A stretch of 64,000 nt of DNA from Candidatus Nanopelagicaceae bacterium (GTDB lineage Bacteria > Chloroflexota > Dormibacteria > Aeolococcales > Bog-877): positions 340 to 64,339 of the forward strand of contig DATKSV010000099.1 in NCBI GenBank assembly GCA_035531535.1. The letters are read 5' to 3'. A model generated the notes under the pieces. It was given only the letters and a program-made list of their open reading frames with translations. It did not search any database and was not told the DNA's origin. This document shows positions 9,164 through 17,592 of the stretch, one piece after another (the stretch's first letter is position 1; each line of letters starts with the position of its first letter). The translations under genes and the position numbers were made by a program.

Positions 9164-10666
9164 TCAGTTGGGACTCGGAGGGCCCATCGTAGCCAGGAGT
9201 TCCAGGGTGTCGGCAACCCGCTCGAGGGCACTCCGTGCGGCAGTCCCGCGAGCATAAAGCAGAGGGCGGACAGGAACCGGTAGGTGGTTGGCGCGGGAGA
9301 GAACCAGGGCTGACGCCGCCGTGATCAGGTCGCTGTTCAAGGGGACGGCGCTCAGCGTTCCAATGGCCGCCTCCGCGAGTCGGAGCGAGGTCAGCCCAGA
9401 GACGGTTTCGGCTGGAAGCAGCTGGGTGGCTCGAAGGGCTCGTGCAATTGCCGCTTCGGCTTGGTCGACCAGCTCAGAAAGTGGCCCCGAGCCCGGTTGT
9501 CCTTGGGGTGGCCCCGGTGCCCCGGGACCTGGGGCGGGCTCCGCCCGGTTCGTCAAACAGTTGCGTGGCGTGGCGTAAGCGGGACCCTCCCTGGGGGCGG
9601 CGATAGCCGCGAAGTCGATGCTGTCGGCGGCTGCGCGCTTGTCCGCCATGGTGGCATGCAGGTAGCGGCCGGTGGTCTTGATGTCGGTGTGGCCCAGGAG
9701 CTCTCGCACGACCTCGATGTTGCGCACTTGGCGGAGGGCGTTGGTGGCAAAGGAGTGGCGGAAACGATGGGGGAAGTGGCGCCCAGCAATGGCCGTCTCT
9801 CCCATCAAATCGCGCACCAGGCTGACCAGAGTATTGGACTCCATCCTGCCCCAGTAGGGCCCGTGGCGCAGGGAACGAGGATTGGCGATGAAGTAGGAGG
9901 ACTGGGGCAGGTGAGGGCGGAGGTCGTCCAGGTAGGTGGCAAGCACCTCGGCCGTGGCTGGACCGAAGGGGACAGTGCGGGTCTTCGAGCCCTTGCCGAC
10001 CACCGTCAATTGATGATGAGTGAGGTCGACGTCGGTGGTTCGCAGGGTTAGGAGTTCCCCGTTGCGGATGCCAGTTCCGGCCAGGATGGTGAGCGCGACG
10101 TAACCCACCCAGCGGCGTCGGTCACGGGAGTGCTCATATTTCTGCGCCAGCGCGAGGAGGTGGCGGACTTCTGGTTCGCTGTAGGCGTCGATCGGAGGGG
10201 GGACTGCGCTCGGTGGCCTGAGCCCCAGAGTCGGGTTGGAACGGGTGGGATCGCCGGCGAGGGTGAACGAGTAGAAGCTGCGCAGGGAGTGCAGGATCGT
10301 CGCCAGGGTGCTCCCTTTAACCCGCTGTCCGCGCTTGCAGGCGAGGAACTCCTGGAGCACCTCCGCGGTCGCCGCCTCCAGCCCGAGGCCGGGATGGGCC
10401 ATCTGCAGCCACTGGTGGAAATTTCGAACCCATTTGGCGTAGGTGTGGCCGGTTGCCCCGGAGCGGTACTCGACCTCGGTCAGGTGCCGGGTGAAGGCGT
10501 CGAGAAGCGTCTCAAAGGAGTCATCGGACGAGCGACGTCCACCCAGACGGCGAACTGGCAGACCATTGGCGTAGCGGGGCGTGCGCGGCTGTGCCGGGGG
10601 ACTCTCGGAGGTGTCGGTTGGCCCGGATAAGCGAGTGTCCAATTCCTCTCCCCATGTCAGGCGCAC
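9164..10666 (-). CDS. Tyrosine recombinase/integrase with a ~130-aa C-terminal extension
   Basis: Catalytic-domain motifs GTGIRNGEL, HRFRHSFATNAL, LLGHTDIKTTGRYLH (R...HxxR...H...Y). These are followed by a Pro/Gly-rich linker and a helical tail. Confidence 0.85.
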   Translation of the reverse strand: MRLTWGEELDTRLSGPTDTSESPPAQPRTPRYANGLPVRRLGGRRSSDDSFETLLDAFTRHLTEVEYRSGATGHTYAKWVRNFHQWLQMAHPGLGLEAATAEVLQEFLACKRGQRVKGSTLATILHSLRSFYSFTLAGDPTRSNPTLGLRPPSAVPPPIDAYSEPEVRHLLALAQKYEHSRDRRRWVGYVALTILAGTGIRNGELLTLRTTDVDLTHHQLTVVGKGSKTRTVPFGPATAEVLATYLDDLRPHLPQSSYFIANPRSLRHGPYWGRMESNTLVSLVRDLMGETAIAGRHFPHRFRHSFATNALRQVRNIEVVRELLGHTDIKTTGRYLHATMADKRAAADSIDFAAIAAPREGPAYATPRNCLTNRAEPAPGPGAPGPPQGQPGSGPLSELVDQAEAAIARALRATQLLPAETVSGLTSLRLAEAAIGTLSAVPLNSDLITAASALVLSRANHLPVPVRPLLYARGTAARSALERVADTLELLATMGPPSPN

Positions 10667-11009
10667 CGCCCCTCCCCTGCAGGCCGGCCTCGCGTGCGGG
10701 GGGCCTTCCGAGCCACGGGCTCAGGCACGACTGAAGTCCCCTCGGCTGCGGCCCGGGGATGGGTCTCGATCAGCGCCGGTGCTGGCCCCGGTTCAGTCCC
10801 AGTCCTATTTGGTCGAGGAGTCGGAGCTGGCTACCGCGCCACCACGACACGGCCCCTGCCGCACCCGGACAGCTGCTTCGCCGGACCAGCCACCACCACC
10901 ACCAGAGCGCTGCAGGTTGCGCTCCGCCGGTGCATCTGGACCCCAAAGCGGCGGAGTATTCCCCGGGCTACAGCGCGCCGGACTCTGCCCCCTTGGCGCA
11001 AGCCGCCGT

Positions 11010-13895
11010 TCAGCTGTAGTAGCCGAGCACGTCGATGACCACGTCGGTTGAGCCGGCATAGTTGTAGACGCTTATGCCCCCGCTGGGATTGAGGGTGGCG
11101 ACGACCAGGTTGGGCACGGTCATGCCGGCTCCCCAATTGAGATTGGAGGCGAGCGGCGCGGTCCCCGATGGGAAGACGGTGAGGTAGCCGGCGGCGGTGG
11201 TGTTGGTGGCGGTGACGTTGATCACCACCGCGGTGGCACCCGCCGGCACTCCGGCCAAGCCCGTCACCTGCACGGTCATGGTGCTGCTGGCGGCCATGGG
11301 GTGGCCGGTGCACTGGGTCCCGCTCCCAGCCCTGGTGTCGCAGATCCGGGTCGGAGTCGGCAGCGCGCTGAACTCGCCGCCGACACCCCCGGCCGGGGTG
11401 TAATAGCCCATGACGTCGATCACCACATCGGTGGATCCAGAGTGGTTGTAGAGGGTGATCGCCCCACTCGAATTCAGCTTCGACGTCACCAGGTTGGCCA
11501 CTGTCGACCCGGCCGCCCAGTTGAGGTTGGAGGCGGTCGGCGGCGACCCGCTCGGGAACACGGTGAGGTAGCCGGCCTGGGTGGTGTTGGTCGCAGTGAC
11601 ATTCAGGACCGCCGCGACGGCGCCAGCGGGCACCCCTGCCAGCCCCGACACCTGCACGGTCATGGTGCTGTTCCCGGCCATGGTGTGCCCGGTGCATTGG
11701 GTCCCGCTCCCAGCCCTGGTGTCGCAGATCCGGCCGGGGCTGAGGCCCTGGTAGAGGCCGAGCCCGGCCGCCGACGCCGCCGTAACGTATCCCTCCACGT
11801 CGACGATCACATCCACATGGAGGGCGTTGCTGACCACGGCGACCTGCCCTCCGGCGCTCAGCCCCACCTCAACGGAGTTGGCCACCGTCTCGCCGCTGGT
11901 GAAGTTGAGGTTGGAGGCGAGGGGGGCGGTCTGCCCGGCCGGGTAAACGGTCAGATAGCCACTGCTGGTGGGGTTGGTGGCGGTGACGTTGAGCATCACG
12001 GCGGCGACCCCGCTCGCGGGGACCCCCGGCAGGCCGGTCACGTTCACGTCCAGAGTGGTTCCCGCGCCCAGGGTCTTGCCGTCGCACTGGGCGGCGGCGC
12101 CCGACAGGCCGGAGGGGTTGCCCGATCTCGTGTCGCAGACCCTGACTGGAGCTACCGGCGTGTACCCGGTCGGGTCTACTCCGCCCACGGTGTAGATGAA
12201 GAGGTCGCCGGCTGACGTCCCACTGGTACCCCCCGAGGTGCTCACGGTCACGTCCACCCTCCCGGCGGCTCCGGCCGGGCTGGTGGCGGTGATCGAGGTC
12301 GGGGAGACCACGGTGACATTGCTGGCCGGATTCGCCCCGAAGGCGACGGTGGCCCCGGTGGAGAAGTTGTTGCCGGTGATCGTCACAGTCGTCCCGCCGG
12401 TGGTGGCTCCGAAGTAGGGCGCCACCGCGGTCACCTGAGGTGGTGGGGAGAACACCCCGTAGGAGGCTATCTCCGTCACCGCCGGAATCGCCTGCCCGGT
12501 CTGCGACGCCAGGGCGGTCCAGGCCTCGCTCGCCGTCAGCGTCCCCGAGACCGCCTCCACCATCACCCCGGTGAAGGTGATGCCGGGCACGCTCGGGCTG
12601 GTCTGGAAGGCGGTGCTCAAAGCGCTCCACTCCGTGGCCATGGACGTGTAGTAAATCTCGGGCACGGCACAGGTCCCCGGGGTGCCCTGGGCCACCGCGT
12701 AGACCTGAGCCGCGGTCCAGCCGTCCCCGGAGCCGGAGCCTCCCAGGATGTCGTCTCCGTAGTCGCCAAGGAACGTGGGTGTGCTCAGCGAGCAGAGCTG
12801 GGCGGTGGTGAACCCGGCCGCCTGGGAGTAGTACTGGACCCAGGAGGTGGAGTCGGCGCCGTCCCACCACCCCGAGCTCGCCTGCTCGATGTCACTGGCT
12901 CCCCAGCGCACGATCGGGGCGCTCCCCGGGATGCTGTAGGGGGCGGTGACCAGCTGGTACCAACCCTGAGCCGACAGCTGCAGGCTGGCCGGCTCGTAGG
13001 GGTAGTTGGGGTCGATGGCGTTCTCGCTGTTGCTGGTGCCGATCCCCAGCGTCATAGCGGGGGTGCCGGAGCCGTGGTCTGACTCGTAGCCGTCGATCCA
13101 CGCCTGAATCAGCGGCTGGAGGCTGCTGTCGGGGGTGCATACCGTGCCCTCGAAGAGTTGGGTCCCGTACTGGGCCGGGCTGGTCAAAGTGGAGCACGGG
13201 GCCCCGAAGTCGAGCACCACCAACCCGGCTGCGGCGCTGGTGGCCTGCCCCTGCTGGTAGAGGGGGCAGCCGCTGCCCGATCCGGTCGCGCACTGCCCGA
13301 CGTAGGGGTAGTACTCGTAGTAGGAAGGGGTGGTCGGCGGGACGCTGCCCTGATTGGAAGTGAGCGGCGTCGAGTTTGAGAGCAGCTGAGCGGAGGTGCC
13401 GCCGGCCGGACCCGACTGCCGGGGACAGGCGGCGGTGGCCAGATTGGAGATCGCGCCCAGGCTAAGATCGAGGGCGTGGTAGCGGCCGTGGGCGTCCTCG
13501 ACGCAGGCGGACCCCGACCCGACCTCAACCACCCGCAGGCTGCCCGAGTCGTTCAGGGTCGCCACCCGCTGCGTCTGGCCCTGGATCACCGCGACCACTC
13601 CGCGAGCGGGCTGGGACGGCTGGCTCCCCGCAACCAGCAGCGAGGTGGGCCCGGTCTCCCAGCAACTGCCGGGCTGGATGAGGGCGCTGCTGATGGGAAG
13701 GTCGAGGCAGCTGATCCGTCGAGTGGTGGACCGTGGTGCGGCCAGTTCCTGGGCGCTTGGAGAATGGTGAACCAGATCGGCCCCGGGGCGGGAATGTGTT
13801 GTCGGCTGCGGGGCCGAGGTCAGCCAGATCAGGCCCCCGGCGAGCACCGTCAGCAACGCGGTCGCGGCCAGCAGTCTGGTGTTCATCGACACCAC
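11010..13895 (-). CDS. Secreted/cell-surface protein: signal peptide, N-terminal unknown domain, IPT/TIG domain, three tandem ~120-aa repeats
   Basis: N-terminal signal peptide MNTRLLAATALLTVLAGGLIWL. IPT/TIG-like PQVTAVAPYFGATTGGTTVTITGNNFSTGATVAFG...VTVVSPTSITATSP. Three repeats each carry R[IV]CDTR...LNVTATN...GYLTV[FY]P...ASNLN...VIDV.GY. Confidence 0.8.
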   Translation of the reverse strand: MVSMNTRLLAATALLTVLAGGLIWLTSAPQPTTHSRPGADLVHHSPSAQELAAPRSTTRRISCLDLPISSALIQPGSCWETGPTSLLVAGSQPSQPARGVVAVIQGQTQRVATLNDSGSLRVVEVGSGSACVEDAHGRYHALDLSLGAISNLATAACPRQSGPAGGTSAQLLSNSTPLTSNQGSVPPTTPSYYEYYPYVGQCATGSGSGCPLYQQGQATSAAAGLVVLDFGAPCSTLTSPAQYGTQLFEGTVCTPDSSLQPLIQAWIDGYESDHGSGTPAMTLGIGTSNSENAIDPNYPYEPASLQLSAQGWYQLVTAPYSIPGSAPIVRWGASDIEQASSGWWDGADSTSWVQYYSQAAGFTTAQLCSLSTPTFLGDYGDDILGGSGSGDGWTAAQVYAVAQGTPGTCAVPEIYYTSMATEWSALSTAFQTSPSVPGITFTGVMVEAVSGTLTASEAWTALASQTGQAIPAVTEIASYGVFSPPPQVTAVAPYFGATTGGTTVTITGNNFSTGATVAFGANPASNVTVVSPTSITATSPAGAAGRVDVTVSTSGGTSGTSAGDLFIYTVGGVDPTGYTPVAPVRVCDTRSGNPSGLSGAAAQCDGKTLGAGTTLDVNVTGLPGVPASGVAAVMLNVTATNPTSSGYLTVYPAGQTAPLASNLNFTSGETVANSVEVGLSAGGQVAVVSNALHVDVIVDVEGYVTAASAAGLGLYQGLSPGRICDTRAGSGTQCTGHTMAGNSTMTVQVSGLAGVPAGAVAAVLNVTATNTTQAGYLTVFPSGSPPTASNLNWAAGSTVANLVTSKLNSSGAITLYNHSGSTDVVIDVMGYYTPAGGVGGEFSALPTPTRICDTRAGSGTQCTGHPMAASSTMTVQVTGLAGVPAGATAVVINVTATNTTAAGYLTVFPSGTAPLASNLNWGAGMTVPNLVVATLNPSGGISVYNYAGSTDVVIDVLGYYS
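11013..12170 (-). repeat. Three tandem coding repeats (~385-bp period) inside the surface-protein gene
   Basis: The two C-terminal copies share long identical DNA runs, e.g. ggtcccgctcccagccctggtgtcgcagatccgg at ~11316 and ~11700. The third copy is more diverged. Confidence 0.7.
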
Positions 13896-14411
13896 CTTGA
13901 AGGAGTGAGCGCCCCGGGGTTTGAATGAGGTCGATCATCGTGGAGAGCGCGCGTAGTAGCTCCGGAGCTTCTACAGGGTACCCGACAGTGCCAATTTGAG
14001 CAACGGACCCGATCTGGGCACCACCGTCCCCGTCCCGAGCCGGCCGACCGCGACGGACAGGATGCCGGGGCCCCAGAGAAGGCTGTGGGGAAGTCCAAAG
14101 GTGGCGGGATCAGCTGACTCCGCTGAGCCCCGGCGGCAACAAGGTGATCTACCCGTATCAGGTCCACAGGCGCGAATGGGGGCCATCCCTGTCTCGGCAA
14201 GGGCCCGCATTCGCGGCTCTCGGCCGCTTCCGGCCGGGCCCCCGAGGTCCCGCCGAACGCTCGCAGCCGACCCGTCCGGCGGCGCCGCCTGGCCGTGGCG
14301 GACCGGGCCGGCCACCGGGGTGGTCCCTCGCTCTCCCCCTGACCCGCAGGGCGGAGGGGCCCGTACACACCAACCTGCACCGGGCCGAGCCCGCCTTGGG
14401 GGCGGACGAGA

Positions 14412-14912
14412 TCAGTGGGGTGGCGGCGGCAGCGACTCGATCCCCGGCGGCCCGTCAGGCCATACCAGCAGCACCGCACAGGGCGCGTGATCAACCACGA
14501 ACCGGGTGGCAGGTCCCAGGCTCTTGGGCCCCAGCCGCGAGTGGTCACCGTCGCGCGCTACGACCAGCAGGTCGACGTCCTCGGCGACAGCTCGGACGAC
14601 TTCGCGCTCGACCCGTCCCTGACGCTGGATCAACTCCACGTCCTCGCGGCCGAGCCGAGCGGCGGCGGTGGCGAGCAGCTGCGCTCCCGCCTCAGCCGCA
14701 ATCTCCTGAAACTGGGCGGTGGGTTTGCCCCCGCCCCAGGCCCTCCCCAAGAGGCCGACCCCCGCCGCCTCGGCGACGTCACCGACGTCGGAGGGCGTCA
14801 CGTGCAGGAGGGCGACGGGGTTGCCGGGGGGAAGGTGCTGGGCGGCCACGTCAACGCATCCCTGCCAGGTTCCCTCGACCACCCAGATGACGGTCCGCAC
14901 GGCAGGCATCAT
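14412..14912 (-). CDS. Universal stress protein (UspA family)
   Basis: ...VALLHVTP...DLLVVARDGDHSRLGPKSLGPATRFVVDHAPCAVLLVWP. The start ATGATG overlaps the stop of the upstream permease gene. Confidence 0.8.
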   Translation of the reverse strand: MMPAVRTVIWVVEGTWQGCVDVAAQHLPPGNPVALLHVTPSDVGDVAEAAGVGLLGRAWGGGKPTAQFQEIAAEAGAQLLATAAARLGREDVELIQRQGRVEREVVRAVAEDVDLLVVARDGDHSRLGPKSLGPATRFVVDHAPCAVLLVWPDGPPGIESLPPPPH

Positions 14913-16159
14913 CCCACCAACCGCAAGGAGACCCACAGCGCTAGCGTCGCCGCGACCAGCACGGCGGGCACGCTGATGGCGCCCAGACGCGTGAACTCCA
15001 ACATGGGGAGTTCCTCCCCGCGCTGGCGGAGGACCCGCCGCCAGAGCAGGGTGGCGAGCGAGCCGACGTAGGTGAGGTTGGGGCCGGTGTTGACCCCGAT
15101 CAGAACGGCGAGCACCGGACCCACCCCGGCGGCGGACGCCGCCGGGAGCAGGATCAGGACCGCTGGGAGGTTGTTGATCAGGTTGGCGAGGACCGCCGCG
15201 ACCACCGCGATGAGGAGGAGCGAGCCCAGCGCCGTCCCCCCGGGGATGAGGTGGGCCACGAGCGCGCCCAGCCCGTGGAGCGAGACTGCCTTCACGATCA
15301 GCCCCAGGGCCAGCACGAACGCCAGGAACGGCACCTCCAGCGCCAGGCCGACATCGCGGATCGCCACCCGCCGGCTGACCAGCCCGGGTACCGCCAGGAC
15401 GACGGCTCCGCCGACGGCCGCGAATGCCGGAGCGATGTGGAAAACGGAGGTCACGAAGAAGCCGACGAGCGTGAGCGTCAAGACCGCGCCGGCGAAGACC
15501 GGAAATGGCTGAGGAGTCGCCGCGGTGGTCTCACCGCGGCCCACGAGGTCGGTGGCGAAGAATCTTCGCAGCACCAACCACTCCACCCCAATCGCCGCCA
15601 GCCAGGGGAGCGTCATCGTCGCCCCGAAGCGGGCGAACGACAACCCGCTGGCGCTGAAGGCCAAGAGGTTGGTCAGGTTCGACACGGGCAGGAGCAAGGA
15701 CGCGGAGTTGGCCAGGTGGGTGCAGGCGTAGACGTGCGGCTTGGCCCGAATCCGGAGCCGGGCCACCGTGGCGAACACCACGGGGGTCAACAGCACCACG
15801 GTGGCGTCGAGACTGAGCACGGCGGTGATGGTGCTGGCGACCGCGAACACGAGGGCGAGGAGAGTGACCGGCCGGCCCCGGGAACCGGTCGCCATCCAGG
15901 CCCCGGCGGCCTCGAAGAGGCCGTAGTGATCGCAAAGGCTCGCCAGAACCAGGACGGCGGCGAGGAAGCCGATGGTCGGTCCGAGGACTCTGGCCTCGGC
16001 GCCGGCCTGGCTCAGCGGCAGGACCCCCAGGAGCAACAGAACGCCCGCAGCCGGGACCGCGACCACCGCCTCGGGCAACCCCTTGGGCCGAAGGATGGCG
16101 CCGGCCAGTGTCGCGACGAGAAGCAGTCCGGCGAGCGCCTCGGCGATGGGGCTGGACAT
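14909..16159 (-). CDS. ArsB/NhaD-superfamily (SLC13-like) anion permease
   Basis: 416-aa polytopic membrane protein. The N-terminus LLVATLAGAILRPKGLPEAVVAVPAAGVLLLLGVL and overall pattern resemble arsenical-pump/citrate-transporter-like permeases. Confidence 0.75.
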   Translation of the reverse strand: MSSPIAEALAGLLLVATLAGAILRPKGLPEAVVAVPAAGVLLLLGVLPLSQAGAEARVLGPTIGFLAAVLVLASLCDHYGLFEAAGAWMATGSRGRPVTLLALVFAVASTITAVLSLDATVVLLTPVVFATVARLRIRAKPHVYACTHLANSASLLLPVSNLTNLLAFSASGLSFARFGATMTLPWLAAIGVEWLVLRRFFATDLVGRGETTAATPQPFPVFAGAVLTLTLVGFFVTSVFHIAPAFAAVGGAVVLAVPGLVSRRVAIRDVGLALEVPFLAFVLALGLIVKAVSLHGLGALVAHLIPGGTALGSLLLIAVVAAVLANLINNLPAVLILLPAASAAGVGPVLAVLIGVNTGPNLTYVGSLATLLWRRVLRQRGEELPMLEFTRLGAISVPAVLVAATLALWVSLRLVG

Positions 16160-16710
16160 TGACGCGTAGAGCGTAAGCCCGAGCGACCACCAAGACCGGG
16201 ATGGGGGGACCCAGATGCGGAACTGCCCATGAGGCGGGTAGTTACGAGTGGCTCGCCACCTTGGAAGGTGGAGGTTGCGACGCGCCCCCGCCCCGGATCA
16301 GGAGGCCCGCAGCGGGCCCCGGCCTACCGCATCCGCGCCCAGCGGTCGTCGAGGTGCCTACGACCCCGACCGGGCGGGCTGGACGGCTGCCGCTGCGGCC
16401 CTGATCCGCCCGCGTATGGCCTCATCAGCCCGGTTGTAGGACCAGGTTATTTGGGGACGGGCTCGGAGCGACCAGGCCCGCCCGCGCCAGCCGGCCCTCG
16501 GGCTGGCGGTGGATCCCCTTCCCTCCGACTGTTCCAGCCTGATTCCGCCGCTTGGGGGAGAGCCCCGTCTGGTTGCCTCGGGCCGGGCTCTCTAAAGAGT
16601 TGCCTGGGCGCCGCCGGCGTACTACCCAAGCCCGTGGCTGGTTGGGCCAGTCCCGACTCCACCTTCAGCGGGTGCGGCTGGTCGGTGTCCCTTGCCGGTC
16701 TCGGCCTAAC

Positions 16711-17592
16711 ATGTCGGCCGTGACCGTTGTGAGCGGGGAGGGCTCGGTCGGGGCGCGAGTTCAGGTCCAGGTTGTCCTACACCACTCCGAGCGCTGGCTC
16801 CGGCACCTTGGCGCGGGCCTGCGCCAGTTACTGCCTCCCCCTGGGGGCTTCACGATTGCGCTGTGGGACAACGCGCCCGGGGCCGCCGGCCAGGCCTCGG
16901 TCACGGCGGCAGGGCTGGGCTCGAGCTACCTCGCCTCCCCGGTCGGCAACATCGGATTCGGGGCGGCCCACAATGCGCTGGCCCAGCGGGCGGGGGCGAA
17001 GACCGAGTACCTGCTCCTGCTGAACCCTGACGCGGTGCCCCAGTTTGACTGCCTCCAACAGCTGGTGCGAGCTGCGGAGAGTGACCGCCAGGCCGCCCTG
17101 ATCGAAGCGGCGCAGTTTCCCATCGAGCATCCCAAGGCCTACGATCCCGCGACCCTGCAGACCAATTGGAGCGCGGCCGCCTGCCTTCTGGTGCGCAAGC
17201 AGGCGTTTCTCGATCTGGGCGGATTCGCCGAAGAGCTGTTCCTCTACTGTGAGGATGTGGACCTCAGCTGGCGAGCGTGGCTGGCAGGCTGGCACTGCCT
17301 GTATGTGCCGGGCGCCCGCTGCCTGCACGTGACCGAGGCTCAGGACCTTGCCAAGGATCGCTCGACCGAGGTCTTCAACAGCCACGTGGGCCACCTCTAT
17401 CTGCGGCGCAAATACTTCGGCGCGGCGGCGGTCGCGGAGTACGAGAGTGCCCTGCGCGAGCACCTCGCCCCGTCCGCAGTCGGGGAGATCCTGGATCGCT
17501 TCTCGAGGCTGCCTCCAACCGGCCCGACACGGGCTCAGGACCCACACATCATGCTGACCCCCGGGGAGATCTATGCCGAGCGACGCTGGTAA
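16711..17592 (+). CDS. Family 2 glycosyltransferase
   Basis: LWDNAPG, GNIGFGAAHN, LLLNPDAVP, ACLLVRKQAFLDLGGFAEELFLYCEDVDLSWR. Start chosen at the internal ATG 16711, because the upstream part of ORF 16552 is Arg/Pro-rich junk. Confidence 0.8.
   Translation: MSAVTVVSGEGSVGARVQVQVVLHHSERWLRHLGAGLRQLLPPPGGFTIALWDNAPGAAGQASVTAAGLGSSYLASPVGNIGFGAAHNALAQRAGAKTEYLLLLNPDAVPQFDCLQQLVRAAESDRQAALIEAAQFPIEHPKAYDPATLQTNWSAAACLLVRKQAFLDLGGFAEELFLYCEDVDLSWRAWLAGWHCLYVPGARCLHVTEAQDLAKDRSTEVFNSHVGHLYLRRKYFGAAAVAEYESALREHLAPSAVGEILDRFSRLPPTGPTRAQDPHIMLTPGEIYAERRW

Noticed and set aside
1-10666. A chromosomal integron: a tyrosine recombinase plus an array of TA-type cassettes.
   Set aside because: The TA genes lie downstream of the recombinase gene, not divergently upstream of it. 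They are on mixed strands, and no attC-like imperfect inverted repeats separate them. The recombinase also shows no obvious IntI-specific insertion. The region is better described as a generic TA/defence island.
10831-12870. Long ORFs 10831-11697(-), 11301-12215(+) and 11869-12870(-).
   Set aside because: They are alternative frames or antisense to the 961-aa surface-protein gene, with Arg/Gly/His/Pro-rich composition and no motifs. These are typical high-GC artefacts.
15251-16193. ORFs 15251-16162(+) and 15531-16193(-) overlapping the permease gene.
   Set aside because: They are out of frame or antisense to a clear 416-aa membrane protein, with highly charged low-complexity translations.
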